From Octopus vulgaris (lineage: Eukaryota), in NCBI GenBank assembly GCA_951406725.2, contig OX597826.1, forward strand, positions 64,666,001 to 64,730,000: DNA of 64,000 nt, read 5' to 3'. The position numbers and the translations under genes were made by a program. The notes beneath the pieces were generated by a model that was given only the letters and a program-made list of their open reading frames with translations, had not been told where the DNA came from and did not search any database. Position 1 is the first letter of the stretch; every line of letters starts with the position of its first letter. Below are positions 26,101 through 36,916 of this stretch, piece by piece.

Positions 26101-28524
26101 TGTTTTTTGAGGGGTGCAGGAATCAATGGATTGTCGTTAATGTATAGAAATAAGGATTTATAAATCTACTGATATAATATTATTAATAACAGTTGAAAAC
26201 TTTGGCACAAGGCCAGTAATTTTAGCGAGGGTGTGGATAGGTTTGTTATGTCGACCCCAGTGCGCAAGTTATGATAATGATGATGATGATGATGATGATG
26301 GTGGTGGTGATAATCATTATTATTATTATTATTATTATTTCGATTTTTTGCCACAAGGGCAGCTTAGGGGAGGTGAGGGTGAGTCGATTACATCAATCAC
26401 CAATGTTCAAGTGGTACAGTGACCCCTCGCTACTTCGTGGTTCAACTATCGCGGATTCCCTACATCACGGATTTTTAAAATATATATATATATCTGAACA
26501 CTTAAAATTTTTCATTAAATCCATTAAAATATTAATAATAAATATTATTTCCTAGTCTAGGAACAACAAAACAAGAGTAAAATAGCAAAAAAAGCATATA
26601 CAGGTGTATTTGAAATTAAGACGGCCTGTGATTGATGCAATGGAGAGATACGACGACTCACAGCTTTCTGTTTTGTAATCTGGCCTGGGATTGGTGCTTT
26701 GACCGATGCTCAGATCCGCAGCATCTTCCCTTGTCTCTCTCTCTCTCGCGACCATTTCGCTTCAAGCTTTTATCCTGCAAGTCAAGGTGTATCTATTAGA
26801 GAAGGGCTTGCCATTCGAAATTCTCCTTATGGATAACGCTGGTGGCCACGCTACTGATCTGTCGCATGAGGGCATTCAGATTGAGTTCCTGCCGCCCAAC
26901 ACTACGTAACTTATTTAACCAATGGACCAGGTGGTTATCAGGGTATTCAAGGCCCTATACACGAGGAATGTCTTGGCGAACCTGGTTGCTTCTGTGGATA
27001 CCGCCCAAGAAGACGAAGACGGAAATTTTAACTTGAAGGCATAATAAAGGCAGTATACAATTGCTACGTGCCTCCAGAATATCCAGAAGGCATGGGAAGA
27101 AATGAAGCCTGCGACCATTAACGCGTGCTGGAAAAATTTGTGGCCCGAGTTTATTTACGACGACAAGGGATTTACACTTGCCGAAATCCAACACTCCACA
27201 GTACAGAAAGCTTTGCAGTTGGTTGCGATCATTGGAGGTGACGGCTTTGCAGACATGACCACTGGAGACATCGATACGTTATTAGACTGCCACTCCCAGC
27301 TGCTAACCGACACAGACCTCGAAGACTAGATGAAGTCGGCCAGCGAAGAAGAAGAAGAAGAAGAAGAAGAAGTTGTCGACCAAACTGGCTTGACTTTGGA
27401 ACGGCTATCAACCTGGCTAAAGAATTGAAAGAGAGGACGACGATATGGTTCGTTCTGTGCAATTTTACAACAAAGTCGACGAAGTCATGAATCCCTACAA
27501 GATGCTCTTTGAACGGAAAAAGAAGCAGCGGCAGCAACTTCCTATCACAATGTTTTTGCAGCCTCACAAAAAAAAAAGAGCCAGTTCCTGCTGCTACTAC
27601 AACGGTTGCACCTTCGGAAGAAGTGGAAGAGGTGTCCCAGGAAAGGGCACCGCCGTTAGCCTCATCAACATCATTTCTACTTCGCAGCAAATTCATCACC
27701 ATCATCATTCAAATTTTACTTCAACTTCTTTCGTGTTGAGTACAGTAACAATCTTTATTTTTTTAAATCTAAAGTGTTATTGCTTAACAGTTGCCCTTGT
27801 TATTAATAGACTACTGTAATGGGCGGGTTGTTAACAGTACAGGGAGGGTTTTAAAAGTCCAAATATGCGTTAAATAAATACTGTAAATATGGTTCCCGAC
27901 TTCAAACTTTCAACCTTATGTTTTGTGGTAATAAACACGAAAAATTACCGTTAAATAACCTTTATATTAGAAACTAATGCTTCTCATTTCAATTGCGCAG
28001 ATATTACATAATTCTAGATACGAAAGAGAAGTCGTTCGAAGTCCCATAACTTCACGAGAAAGTAAAGAAAGAAGGGTAGATTCTTTTTGCTTCATCTATT
28101 TTTTAAAGCATTCTTCTTTTCATTCAAAAGAAATTACAATTTCGAAAAAAAAAAACAAAGAACAAAAACCGAATGCCAAATCTTTTACAAGTTTGATCTT
28201 CTCCATTTGTGTTCTTTTCTGTTCAAAATACATTATGTCTGAGGTGGGTGGTAAAACAAAGCAAAACGGCAGGGTCACTGCGAGAAAGCGTTTCGTCTAA
28301 AGTCTGCTCTACCAGGCTAAATAACAGCGGTTGAAGTTTGTTGTGAATAGAATGAAATTGTAAGCGAAAGGTATCAAGTGAAAAGTACCAAGAAGCTTAA
28401 ATAAATAAATTAGAAAGAAAATGGAAAAATCTTTGCTTACTATGTGTTCTGAAGGATTCAAACATTGCAAAGCATTGCAGAAGTCGTTTGCAATCAAACC
28501 TGGCGAACAGATTCCCCAGCGCAT
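14622..28524 (-). CDS. DHDH: DHDH-like oxidoreductase, copy B (diverged paralog), 7 coding exons, 337 aa
   Basis: Exons (minus): 28524-28441, 26064-25953, 25376-25213, 23588-23336, 17935-17811, 17546-17396, 14746-14622. GT-AG introns with the same phases as copy A; 1014 nt open frame ending TAG. Motifs [43 protein letters not shown]. Confidence 0.92.
15646..16205. mobile_element. Unclassified interspersed element between (AAT)n and (AGT)n microsatellites
   Basis: Higher-GC block with sharp microsatellite boundaries in intron 6 of gene B; no recognisable protein. Confidence 0.4.
16802..16867 (-). other. 66-nt hairpin (28-bp stem, 10-nt loop) in intron 6 of gene B
   Basis: aacacgcaaatatctgcaagatcatcag-gatagatata-ctgatgatcttgcagacatttgcgtgtt; the single mismatch is a G-U pair on the minus strand. 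Confidence 0.9.
19844..20061 (+). mobile_element. SINE with target-site duplication
   Basis: Head GGCAGCGAGCTGGCAGAAACGTTAG, B-box-like GAGTTCAAAT and core GGGGTCGATAAATTAAGTACCAGT. Flanked by the direct repeat ACAACTACTTA (19833-19843, 20062-20072). Confidence 0.8.
20560..20848. mobile_element. MITE with ~45-bp terminal inverted repeats
   Basis: taattatctaaaagggatatagacagtaactgctcgataacata ... tatgttatcgagcagttactttgtatatcccttttagagaatta, next to (TA)n. Confidence 0.7.
20959..21170. repeat. Inverted partial copy of 20597-20802
   Basis: ~210-bp reverse complement with few mismatches; ~155-bp spacer. Confidence 0.9.
21536..21807 (+). mobile_element. CR1/L2-type LINE 3' end with (ATT)n tail
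   Basis: HFFTLRVAEAWNKLPASVVSC..FK matches the typical CR1 ORF2 terminal motif FFxxRVxxxWNxLP. Confidence 0.7.
21870..22755 (-). mobile_element. R4/Dong-like non-LTR retrotransposon 3' end (CCHC + restriction-like endonuclease)
   Basis: CRICGDGQETINHIISSC, YIHRHD, ANRPDIVV, IDVSIP, EKLSKYKDL, IVGALG. Flanked on both sides by (TAA)n. Confidence 0.88.
23640..23853 (-). mobile_element. SINE (same family as 19844-20061)
   Basis: Reverse complement of AAGGCAGCGAGCTGGCAGAATCG...CCGAGGTCGACTTTGCCTTTCAT. Confidence 0.75.
24313..24540 (+). mobile_element. SINE (same family)
   Basis: AAGGCGGCGAGTTGGCAGAATCGTTAGCACG...GAGTTCAAATTTCGCCGAGGTC...GTAGAAAAGAAT. Confidence 0.75.
26417..27900 (+). mobile_element. 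pogo/Tigger-like DNA transposon remnant in intron 1 of gene B
   Basis: TA|CAGTGACCCCTCGCTACTTCG terminus; degenerate DDE segment ILLMDNAGGH...EFLPPNTT*LI*PMDQ and TINACWKNLWP. Confidence 0.8.
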
Positions 28525-28781
28525 TGTTTCTCTGTTTGAAATATACTTGCAAAATAAACTTGTAGCTGGTGGTTGCTCTATTTAACACAAATAATTAAGT
28601 CTATTGCGAACTTCTTTTATACAGTTCGTCTACCTCATTCAATCATTATCATTATCTCCTTTTTCTGTCGTGTGCTTAAATTAGAACTCAATATTATCAT
28701 TTAACTATCATAGTCCTGTTATCAGAAATGCCGACAGTTCTGTTAAAGATAGAAATGGTACATAAAAAGAATGTTAAATAT

Positions 28782-29700
28782 CAGCAATGGACAAAATAAT
28801 GGAAACACCTTAAACATCATAATTTTAAAATATCTATAAAACCGTCGAAAGCTTGTTTATCTTTATGTTTTTTTATTTATTAGTAGTGTTGCTAAATATG
28901 TTTTGCTAAAATTGCTGTTTCTTTTCAGATATCATCAGAAAAAAGTAATTAAAATTCATCTATCGGACATCATATAGGCCAAATTGTTGGTGCTCGTATG
29001 GCAGGCGCTAGCGTAACGAAAAACAGCCGAAATGTTTGGTATATCAAGAAGTAATGTCTCGAAAGTAATGACAGCCTTTGAGAAAGAGGGAAAAACCTCC
29101 TAGTCGAAACAAAACTCCCGGTAGAAAACCAGAAATTTCAGGTATGGAACGTCGGACTCTTACGCGAATTGTTAGAAAGGATCACAAACGTACAGCTCCT
29201 AAAATTACGGTAGAGATTTATGATCACTTCGAGAACCCAGTTTCCACAAAAGCTGCTCGCCGGGAGTTGCACTAAGCAGGATTTCACAGGAGGGCTGCAA
29301 TCAGAAAATCACTACTTTCAAAAACAAACTTTGCAAAGGGTTTAGAGTGGAGTAAAAAATATCTACAGAATTGGTCTCTAGAGAAGTGGAAGAATGTTAT
29401 TTTCACGGACGAGTCATCTTTTACCTTATTTCCGACAACCGGCCGAGTATACGTGTAGAGACAGCCAAAAGAAGCATTTGACGTAGACTTCCTTCTTCCA
29501 GCTGCTAAATCATGGAGGAGGATCTTTGATGATCTGGTGGGCTATATCCTCGAAGTCCGCTGGCCTAATGCTCTCCCTTCATATCGAATTAATAGTCAAG
29601 ATTATTTAAGCATTTTATCAGTTCCTACGGTTGCGGAACTGTTTCCGGAGAGAAACACAAAGTTTCATAATGATGATGCATCAATTCACACAGCTACAGT
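28782..29700 (+). mobile_element. Tc1-like transposon remnant
   Basis: GQIVGARMAGASVTKTAEMFG, RTLTRIVRKDHKRTAPKIT and VIFTDESSFTLF; multiple stops and frameshifts; 3' truncated. Confidence 0.8.
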
Positions 29701-29743
29701 TCCGATATTTCGGTTGAAAATATAATCGTCCACGTAACACACA

Positions 29744-29790
<47 letters not shown>

Positions 29791-29796
29791 ACACAC

Positions 29797-29882
<86 letters not shown>

Positions 29883-30872
29883 GTAGGTATGTACATATAT
29901 GTATGTATATATGCATATATTTATATATCATTTATATTATTATATGATCGAACGCCACACATCCTTTTCCAAGTAAGTTTTATCTTAATAATTGCGATGC
30001 GCACTCTTCTCCTCTCTCTTCTATCTCTTCTCTGTCTATCTATCTCCCACTCTTGATCTTCCTCCTTTCTGTTTTTCTCTCCCACCCTTTCCATATTCTT
30101 CACCTCTCCCCTTCACCGTTCCCTCTCTCTCTCATTCTTCCTCCTTGACTCTCTCGTCGCTGACACATGACGAAAAGCGATCTATCTGTCTTTCTTCCTC
30201 TTACTTCGTAAAGAGAAGACGTGCTTTTACCTGTCTCTTCTCATAGCTCGTCTTTCTAGCGTTCATAATTTTTCACATCGTCTTGGCTTAACAGCCCTCA
30301 CCGTTTGTTTTTACTGTTTTGTTGTCAAAGTCCTGTTTTTGTTACCACTTTCAACCTCCGTAAAAAATCACAAATTTTATTTAATTTGCTTTGCGGGAAG
30401 GACTGTTTTAATGAAGGTGCGTATTGTCCTTACCTTCGGACAGCGCAGTACAGAGAGAATATATATATATATATATATGAAACATCCACTTTTGCGTGCT
30501 TATATGGATCAGACATATTTTGTACAGCCTTATGCTCTTCCGATCGCCAACACTTACTTCTTTCCAAGTAAGGTCATATTTCATGATGCCTAAAGATCAC
30601 GTGAACGATTGAATACAAAGAACACGTCTTGCATTAAAGTGACACTCTCATACAATTGTTGCAGATGTCATGACAACGAGAAAATAAAACAGAAACACAC
30701 ACACACGCGCGCGCGCGTATAGATATATGTATATACATATGATACCTTGCTTTCGCTTTCCGTCTACCATATCCACTCGTAAGTCTTTGGTCACCACCAG
30801 GCTATAGTAGACGACACATAAGATCTCACGCTGTAGGACTGGACCTACAACCATGTGGTAGGGAACTTCTCA

Positions 30873-30929
<57 letters not shown>

Positions 30930-31685
30930 CACATACAATCATGCATACGGTTATTTATAGATATATCTATGCTTGTGCATGCAAATACATGTGTGTGAAT
31001 GCGTTATCCATTACTTGGAAACAGGAAGAAGGGTCAGTTTCAGGAAAAGCGAGCGTGGAATAACAGAATAAAAGGAAAGAAAAGAAAACGAAGGAACACA
31101 TACACACGCACAGGTACATAATTGAAACGAAAATGGAGATTTACGATTGACTTATTTTAATTTATTAACATAATATTATTATTATTATCATATAATATGA
31201 ATATAAATATCATAATCCTACAATTGTTTCAATTCAGACCCAATGATAAATTTATAAAAATTTGTGTTTATTAGGGAAATATTTGACAAAAATTAGAGAT
31301 CAGTTTTTAAGATCTCAGAAAAGACTGAATTAAATATTCTTAAAGGTACGCAAACATTATATGACCGTTATATTAGGTTTTCTTTTTTTTTTATCTTTTG
31401 CTTGTTTCAATCATTTGACAGCGGTCATGCTGGAGCACCGTCTTTGAATACATACACATATATATTTTTTCCTATCTTGTCTGTAATAGATTTGTGACTA
31501 TTCGGTGGTACAGAAGTATTTTTTTGACTTCTATCATTAGCGATATAGGTACTCATGTAGTACCCTTGTGTATATATGTACATATCTAATAATGTATGTA
31601 CATATTTTATTAATTTGCCTGTACGGCTGATAATTCGCTTACCACTTGTGATGGTATTTTAATAATACCATTCCTATATTTATTT

Positions 31686-31757
<72 letters not shown>

Positions 31758-32057
31758 CATATACATATACACGACGGGTTTCTTTCAGTTTCCTCCTACC
31801 AAATCCACTCACAAGGCTTTGCTCGGCTCGAGGTTATAGTAGAAGACACTTGCCCAAGGTGCCACGCAGTGGGACTGAACCTGGAACCATGTGACTGGTA
31901 GCCAAGCTTCTTGCCATGCAGCCATGCTTGCACCTATAAATTTATTTATTTTTCATTTATTTTATACTTTTTATTATATATCTTTTTAAGTGATTGATAC
32001 TCACACTTACAAAGTAGTATATTTAATTCAGCCTGTTCTAGGGTCTGAATTGAAACA

Positions 32058-32132
<75 letters not shown>

Positions 32133-32197
32133 GGGTCTGAATTGAAGGAACTGTAGGATTATGATATTTATATTTACATTATATTATATTGTATTAT

Positions 32198-32242
<45 letters not shown>

Positions 32243-32464
32243 TAATATTTTTTAATAAATTAAAATATGTCAATCGTAAAGCTCCATTTTCTTTTCATTT
32301 TTGTATATTGAATATATACCGATTTGAACTGTGGAAAGGTTTTTCTCTGCTATATTGGGTATTAAACTGCCAAAACAGAAAAATTGTATGTTTCCATCCC
32401 TATAGAGGAGGCTGTTTTCCTTGTATTGGATTTTTATTTTTCGTGAGTATATATATATATATAT

Positions 32465-32618
32465 CACTTAACTTCTCGTTCGCGGGTGATTTTTACCAGC
32501 ATTTCCCGGGACTGGCCATGGGAACGAGAATGGGCCCAAACTATGCGAACCTGTTCGTTGGCTACGTTGAGGCCCAAATATTCTCAAGTTTCACTGGTCT
32601 CACTCCTGAACTATACGG
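32465..32618 (+). mobile_element. Penelope-like reverse transcriptase fragment
   Basis: NFSFAGDFYQHFPGLAMGTRMGPNYANLFVGYVE is characteristic of the PLE RT motif QxxGxAMG...YANLF. Confidence 0.8.
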
Positions 32619-33320
32619 TCCGATTGGTTATACGTGGCAAATTGGCGCCACAGAGTAAGAGACAAATTACGCCAATATTAACCAATCAGAGTAGTGGAGA
32701 TAGCGGGCTCCAGATAGTGTCCAAATGCTAGCTGTTACCTGCTACGTTCAATTGCACGCATATATAATAATGGGAGAGAGGATTTTCATCTGTGTCTACG
32801 CTACAAATCATAAGGAAGTGTAGGGTTTCGGCTTACGATTCTTTTTATTCTTTTTTATTCTTTTTTATTTGTTTCAGTCATTTGATTGCAGCCAAGCTGG
32901 AGCACCGCTTTCTTAATGAAAATTAATAATCATTCTTTTTAAATTACTATTTTAAAACTTTCTATTTCGAAACAAGTCTTTTGCTGTTATTTCATAAGGT
33001 TCAGTGCTTTAAACACAGGACGATACGGTGCCTGAATTTCTAAATACCTTAGATTATAAAAGCCTTCCATCGAGCACCACTCCGTTTGTTCCTGCCATAA
33101 CGATAGTTTCGTGCTTTCTATAAATTAGCTTTCGCCATAAGTCTGCTCTGTTTGAGCTGACCAAAAGATAGCAACGGCGATTGAAGTTTATAGCTGTAAA
33201 TAATTAAGGAATTGCAAGAAGTGTCGGTTTATGAAATTAAAAATGAATAAAATATGTAAATAAGACTATAAAATATGTAAATATGACTATAAAATATGTA
33301 AATATGACTATAAAAATTAT

Positions 33321-33552
33321 TTAGTCTTCTGAAGAATTCAGACCTTGCAAAGCATTACTCTTTTACTTGTTTCAGTCATTTGACTGCGGCCATGCTGGAG
33401 CACCGTCTTTAGTCGAACAGATCGACCCCGAGGACTTATTCTTTCTAAGCCTAGTACTTATTCTATCGCTCTCTTTCGCCGAACTGCTAATGTTACGGGG
33501 ATGTAAACACACCAGCATCGCTTACAAACACACAAACATACACACACACATG

Positions 33553-33588
<36 letters not shown>

Positions 33589-33802
33589 CATACATACGAC
33601 AGGCTTCTTTCAGTTTCCGTCTACCAAATCCACTCACAAGGCTTTGTTCGGCCCAAGGCTATATTAGAAGACACTTGCCCAAGGTAACACGCAGTGGGAC
33701 TGAACCCGGTAGCGTGTGGTTGGTAAGCAAGCTACTTACCACACAGCCACACCTGTGCCTAAATCTGTTGCAACCAAACCTGCCCAACAGTCCCTAGAAC
33801 AT
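33321..33802 (-). pseudogene. DHDH exon-1 relic split by a SINE
   Basis: Minus strand reads ATG TTC TAG GGA ... GCA GGT TTG GTT GCA ACA GAT TT [SINE 33357-33760] AAT GCT TTG CAA GGT CTG AAT TCT TCA GAA GAC TAA, homologous to MRWG...[21 protein letters not shown]. It has stop codons, a small deletion and a dead donor (ATAATT). Confidence 0.85.
33357..33760 (-). mobile_element. Full-length tRNA-derived SINE inserted into the DHDH exon-1 relic
   Basis: Minus head AGGCACAGGTGTGGCTGTGTGGTAAG with B-box GGGTTCAGTCCC, an internal microsatellite and tail GAAACAAGTAAAAGAG. Related copies at ~31770-31935, 53090-53310 and 63195-63585. Confidence 0.8.
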
Positions 33803-34425
33803 TCTTTCTCCTTCTGAAATACACTAAAAAAATGTCGAAATAACCTTTGTTATAATATTTGTTTTTAAACATGATCTCTCCGTAAATATTCGTCTGGTTG
33901 TTTAGCTTTTAGACAGCATCGCAACATATTCGCCAGTGAGAATAGTAAAACGTGTTGCTAAACATGACGTAAATACATGCAGATATGTATGTGCTAATTT
34001 TTTATCTTCGCGACAAATTTGACAATAATCTTTGCAGCAGGGTGCATTGTTTAACCTTTTGAAATACCTTGATAATTTGAACATGTGTTTGACGGCTGTA
34101 TATAATACATACAACTAGAGCTATTGTAAGTGACTAATTTTCACGGTGCTTCTTTTATTGAGGATTACTCTGGTGAAGAGCATCATTATTCTAGAGACAC
34201 GTTATATATGTGTAGGTAAAATAAGCTGTTTGTATAATGAAAGAACAAAAGCTGCAGTCGGGTTACAGGTTTTCCCACGAACTTATCACGAACTTAAAAT
34301 ACACATCTGAGTTTAGTAGTGACGAGGGAATGTCTGTGACAGAATCTAGAGCAAATATTAAATAGGATAATTTAGAAAAAAAAAGCAGCGTTCTTTAGCT
34401 TATCTTGCCTACGTTTACAAATTTT

Positions 34426-34462
<37 letters not shown>

Positions 34463-35261
34463 GGCCTACAAAGGCAATGTAGTCAGTTGAGAAACATTTT
34501 CAAGAGGGTTAGTAAACAAAACTGATCTGTAGGGGTTGTGGTTATGGCAGCGTTGGGTAAGCGTTAAAATTAAATAAATATATAAATAAAAAGAGGGTAA
34601 TATTTTGATTTAAAGATTGATATTAGTGAAGAGAAAAAAGAGTGAAAGAGAAAGGGAGGGAAGGAAAAACCGAAACAGAGAGATAGGGAGAGGACATGAG
34701 AGAGAGAGAGAGATTAGCGAGAAAGAGTTACAGAATGGAGGGGACAGAATGAACAGAATCTTGGGAAAGGGTTGTAGAATGGACTATCAACATGTTTCTG
34801 TCCCATTTCTCCTGTTCAACTAAACCTTCCAGACTTCGTTGTCACCGGAGTGACTAACTCGTTGAGTCGTCACCGACTGTGACTAACTGATTTTTGTTTG
34901 GGGTGTGCTTGCTTTTATAACTATCCAGAAGGATAGATATATCATTGAGAACAATAGATTTTGTTGGTGGCCTTGTTATCTGTATTCTAAATTTTGGTGA
35001 CGTAGAAGAGGTTAGAAAGGGTCAAGTGGTGAAGACATTATTTCGGCCTAGCTAAAGGCATCTGGAAAATGTAAAACTGCTGTCACAGAAGAAACATTGT
35101 TCCACCATGGGAGAAGTTCTGTTGCAGCGTTAATTTAAATTTGGCTATGGTGGATCGAATCCACTTCATGCTTGCAAGATCCACTACATATGTTTTCCAC
35201 ATATTTTCAACTCATAATTTTGCCACGTGGTGTATACTGAATCTACAGCATTTTTGCCCCT

Positions 35262-35346
<85 letters not shown>

Positions 35347-35569
35347 TGAGAGAGAGATGGAGATTATATATACACATACACATACACACATACATATACA
35401 TGCACATATACATACACATACACATATACATATACATATACATACATAGATAGATACATAGATACATACATACATACATACATACATACATACATACATA
35501 CATACATACATACATACATAGAGAGATACATAGACAGCCAGCAAGACAGACAGATAGACAGACAAATAA

Positions 35570-36540
35570 ATGGAGTTAAACGCAGGTGTTATTCAAATTC
35601 TTTTACTTCCGACATATGTTTCGAAGACTACTCTGGTATTATTCCAGAGGGAATAAAATGGTGTAAAACAATCTTCTCATCAGGGAAAGAAAGAAACCAA
35701 GCACATCAATAAGACATTTTAACAGAATGTGATGACTGTGTATATGATGAAGGGAACGCTATCGAGTTCTTTTAAAAAACCGTTAGTAGATATAACGTCA
35801 AAGCTAGTTTATAGAAAGTGGAGGAGAAAGAAATTAGCAGAAAAATAATAGTAGAGAGATATAGAGCGATAGGTGAATTTGAAAATAAAGCTCAAAGGCA
35901 TGGAAGTAGATATATTTAGTGAAAGGGAAATGTAAGAAGACAGTCAAAGGTCAAGTTTTATAGAATGGTAGAAATCACTTATTGGAACTAAAATTATGTT
36001 TCTGCCAATATTTGCAACGATAAACGCGTTCTATAAACGTGTTTTCAAGGGGATTCTTTTAGAATAGGATAAAAAACATTTCAGTATTACAAAGCGAACA
36101 AAAAGATTTACCTTTGTCATACGGTAAAGAAATAGAGAGAATATTCCATTCCAAATCAAATTGTTTATGATCTTTTAGATCCCATATTAATTTAATAAAC
36201 CCAACATTGTTACGTTTATTGATATGCCTAAATGTTGAGTAATGATTAGATATTCTTTGGGACAACTGAGATGAAGAACTACCTATTTAAAAAAAGACGT
36301 CAGACCCGGAAGTAATTTTACATTGATAATGTAAGGTTTTCCTAACACAAAAAATCCTTCACAAATCATCTCTTCGGATAATAATAAGTTGTTAAATACA
36401 AATCCACTTAATGAAAATATTAACTATAATTTTGTTAACACTAGCCATTCTTTAAATAATAACAACAGCGGGGTTATTGCTTCTGAAGTTGACTCCTATC
36501 GTATACGTTTTCTTCGCAGTAATTCTAACACAAGACACCG
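35570..36540 (-). mobile_element. Penelope-like element remnant (duplicate of 2830-3800)
   Basis: Near-identical copy within the segmental duplication; ORF 36059-36265. Confidence 0.8.
35606..35688 (-). ncRNA. Type I hammerhead ribozyme (duplicate)
   Basis: Same core and stems as 2865-2947; the visible difference is in the stem II insertion. Confidence 0.8.
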
Positions 36541-36916
36541 TTTATCGATGTAAAATTACTTTTGGGTCTATAAACACTGGAAAACACACACACACATATA
36601 TATATATGTATGTGTGTATGTATGTATGCATGTATACCTGATTACACATAAGCATGAATACTTAGTTATATACATGTATGTATAATTGATTATATATATG
36701 TATGTATACTTAGTCATATATATATATATATATATGTATGTATACTTGGTTGTATATATGTAATGTATGTTTGCATGCATGTATGGATGGATGGACGTAT
36801 ATACATATGTGTGTGTGTGTGTGTATAATATCAGAATTATCAATTTTAGTAAGGAAATACTTCATTTTCTTTCAACCCTCTTCTCCTTCTCTCTGTCTCT
36901 CTTCCTCTTCTCTTTT

